Source: Pelomyxa schiedti (Eukaryota; Protista; Evosea). Taken from it: DNA of 32,354 nt. The stretch lies in NCBI GenBank assembly GCA_020536535.1, contig JAHLWZ010000352.1, positions 1 to 32,354 of the forward strand, given 5' to 3'. Positions 31,026 through 32,354 of this stretch are shown piece after piece; position 1 is the stretch's first letter; each line of letters starts with the position of its first letter. Below the pieces are notes generated by a model. That model was given only the letters and a program-made list of their open reading frames with translations. It searched no databases and was not told the DNA's origin. Made by a program: the position numbers and the translations under genes.

Positions 31026-32354
31026 GTGATGATGACATCGACGGAACCACCCCACCTACTCACAGCCACAATTGATGCGACTGCCGATGATGGTTGTGCC
31101 AGTTGGTACGGTACAGCAGTAACTATCGTGGATCTGCCGGACAGCGTCATCGTCGCCATCGCTGCCTACGTGGCCGCCGATGCAACCCCAATCACCGCAA
31201 CAACAAGCAAAAACATTGTCGCCCCAGGAGCTCCTGATGATGGAACCACCACCAACACAGAAACGGCAACGGCTTCTACCGAGGAAACAACAACAACAAC
31301 AACCCCAACCCCACCCGCCGTCCCGTCGGGAATCACTCTGTCGATGGTGGCCAGAATGCCAGCCGAAACGGCGGCGAGACCAACCTCAATGTTTCATGGA
31401 TACGATGAGTTGCTGAAGGTCAGGAAGGCCATGGAGGGGGACGCGCCGCCACAGTTCGTGTCTCGTCGGAACACGAGGGGCGCAGCGGACCTGATGGCGA
31501 TGAGGAGGGCGTGCAGGAGGATCCACGACCTCATGGGCACCGTGCCGTTCTGGGTCGAGATGTGCAGGCACAGGTACGGCCACTTCGCCGTGCCTGACGA
31601 GATGACGCCGGAGCAGATGGCAGCGTTGGAGGCCGAGAAGGCCGCCGCGAGGGAGAAGGCTGCTGCCGAGGCCAAGGCAATCGAGGACGAGAAGGAAAGG
31701 CAGAGGGTCGCGATTGAGAGGGAGCAGCTGATGGCAAAGAGGAGAGCAGAGAGGATGGAGAAGCAAGTCGCTGCGGAGGCTGAAAGGCAGAGACTCGCTG
31801 AAGAAGCCGCTGCCGCCGCCGCCGCCGCAGCAGCAGCAACAACAACAACAGAAGAAGCTCCAACAGGAACAAAAACAACAACGACAATCAAGGATGATGA
31901 TGGGACTTCATCCACCGGTGGAGACAAACAAACACCTGCACCTTCACCTTCCGCAAATAGCGCGGTTGGTGCAACAGCAGAACCCGCAACAACCGATCCC
32001 TCCACGTCAGTCACTGCTCCCACCGCTCCTGCTGTCACAGTTGCTGTTCAGCCAGCAGAAACACAACCGGATCCTGAAGAAGAAGAACCGGCCGCACCTC
32101 CATCCAAAATTGCAGAAGTTGTGGTTGCATATTCACACAGCAGAATTGTTCTTCCGACAGGTCGCAACGATGCTTCTTGGTGGGAGAAAATATTTTTCGA
32201 TGTTTCTCACATGTAAGTGGCCTTTCCGTTTTTATGCAATCTCATTCCGTTCTGCCCTCAAAATATTTCAGAGGTTGTGACCATTGCAATGCATTTCCAA
32301 TGGAAGTTTTCTTCAAGTGCCTTCATTGCAATGATGTTTATTTGTGTGAAAACT
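31026..32354 (+). CDS. ZZ-type zinc-finger protein with Ala/Thr-rich low-complexity and coiled-coil regions; 5' part only (continues beyond the window end)
   Basis: Exon 1, 31026-32212 (ATG at 31026; AT|gtaagt donor, phase 2): MMMTSTEPPHLLTATIDATADDGCASWYGTAVTIVDLPDSVIVAIAAYVAADA... (an LPD..I..I..Y stretch with weak F-box-like character), a coiled coil EQMAALEAEKAAAREKAAAEAKAIEDEKERQRVAIEREQLMAKRRAERMEKQVAAEAERQRLAEE, then ...RNDASWWEKIFFDVSH. Intron 32213-32271. Exon 2 from 32272: (I)GCDHCNAFPMEVFFKCLHCNDVYLCEN..., the C-x2-C...C-x2-C-x-D-x-x-LC pattern of a ZZ zinc finger, running off the window end. Confidence 0.6.

Noticed and set aside
31394-32038. Minus-strand ORFs 31394-32038 (214 aa), 31386-31766 and 31531-31887
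   Set aside because: They are antisense to the Ala/Thr/Glu-rich exon 1 of the ZZ-finger gene; (GCC)n and (ACA)n repeats keep the frames open on both strands.
1-32354. Prokaryotic-style features: operons, CRISPR arrays, restriction-modification or other defence systems, IS elements
   Set aside because: The window is clearly eukaryotic. Every conserved protein is encoded in many short GT-AG-separated exons. There are no direct-repeat/spacer arrays, no Shine-Dalgarno-linked ORF clusters, and no transposase- or integrase-like ORFs.

Overview
This 32.35 kb window is gene-dense eukaryotic nuclear DNA. It has the standard genetic code, GT-AG spliceosomal introns that are very short (mostly 33-70 nt, mode about 45 nt), AT-rich introns and intergenic spacers, and GC-richer exons. 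Many first exons encode long Ser/Pro/Ala/Thr/Gln-rich low-complexity N-termini. I reconstructed the exon structures by hand: translating, finding GT..AG boundaries that keep the reading frame, and comparing the result with protein families I remember. I cannot run searches, so the family names are recollection-based. In order, the window holds: (1) the 5' part of an unknown gene on the minus strand (1-451, runs off the window); (2) Raptor/KOG1, the mTORC1 scaffold, plus strand 778-6633, 33 exons; (3) major vault protein, minus strand 6927-9649, 4 exons; (4) a U1-snRNA-like locus near 10835 on the plus strand; (5) Sm B/B' (SNRPB-like), plus strand 11231-12338, 6 exons; (6) a protein with a long low-complexity N-terminus and one IQGAP-type calponin-homology domain, 12578-14194; (7) a myotubularin-family phosphoinositide 3-phosphatase, 14583-16933, with an intact CX5R catalytic motif; (8) a tRNA-like Pol III element near 17642-17716 that fails a canonical cloverleaf, followed by a perfect 15-bp hairpin; (9) a large minus-strand gene, 18385-25950, with PHD-type zinc fingers and helical repeats; (10) a receptor-type class III nucleotidyl cyclase (signal peptide, ectodomain, one transmembrane helix, catalytic domain), 26676-29598; (11) a five-exon minus-strand gene of unknown function, 29837-30835; (12) the start of a ZZ-type zinc-finger protein gene, 31026 to beyond the window end. 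I see no prokaryotic operons, CRISPR arrays, transposons or a defence system. The most notable items are the receptor cyclase with non-canonical specificity residues, the U1-like gene next to its Sm protein gene, the pervasive low-complexity N-terminal exons, the microexons and the bidirectional gene pairs. I could not assign the organism; it looks like a compact protist-like genome that retains vaults.
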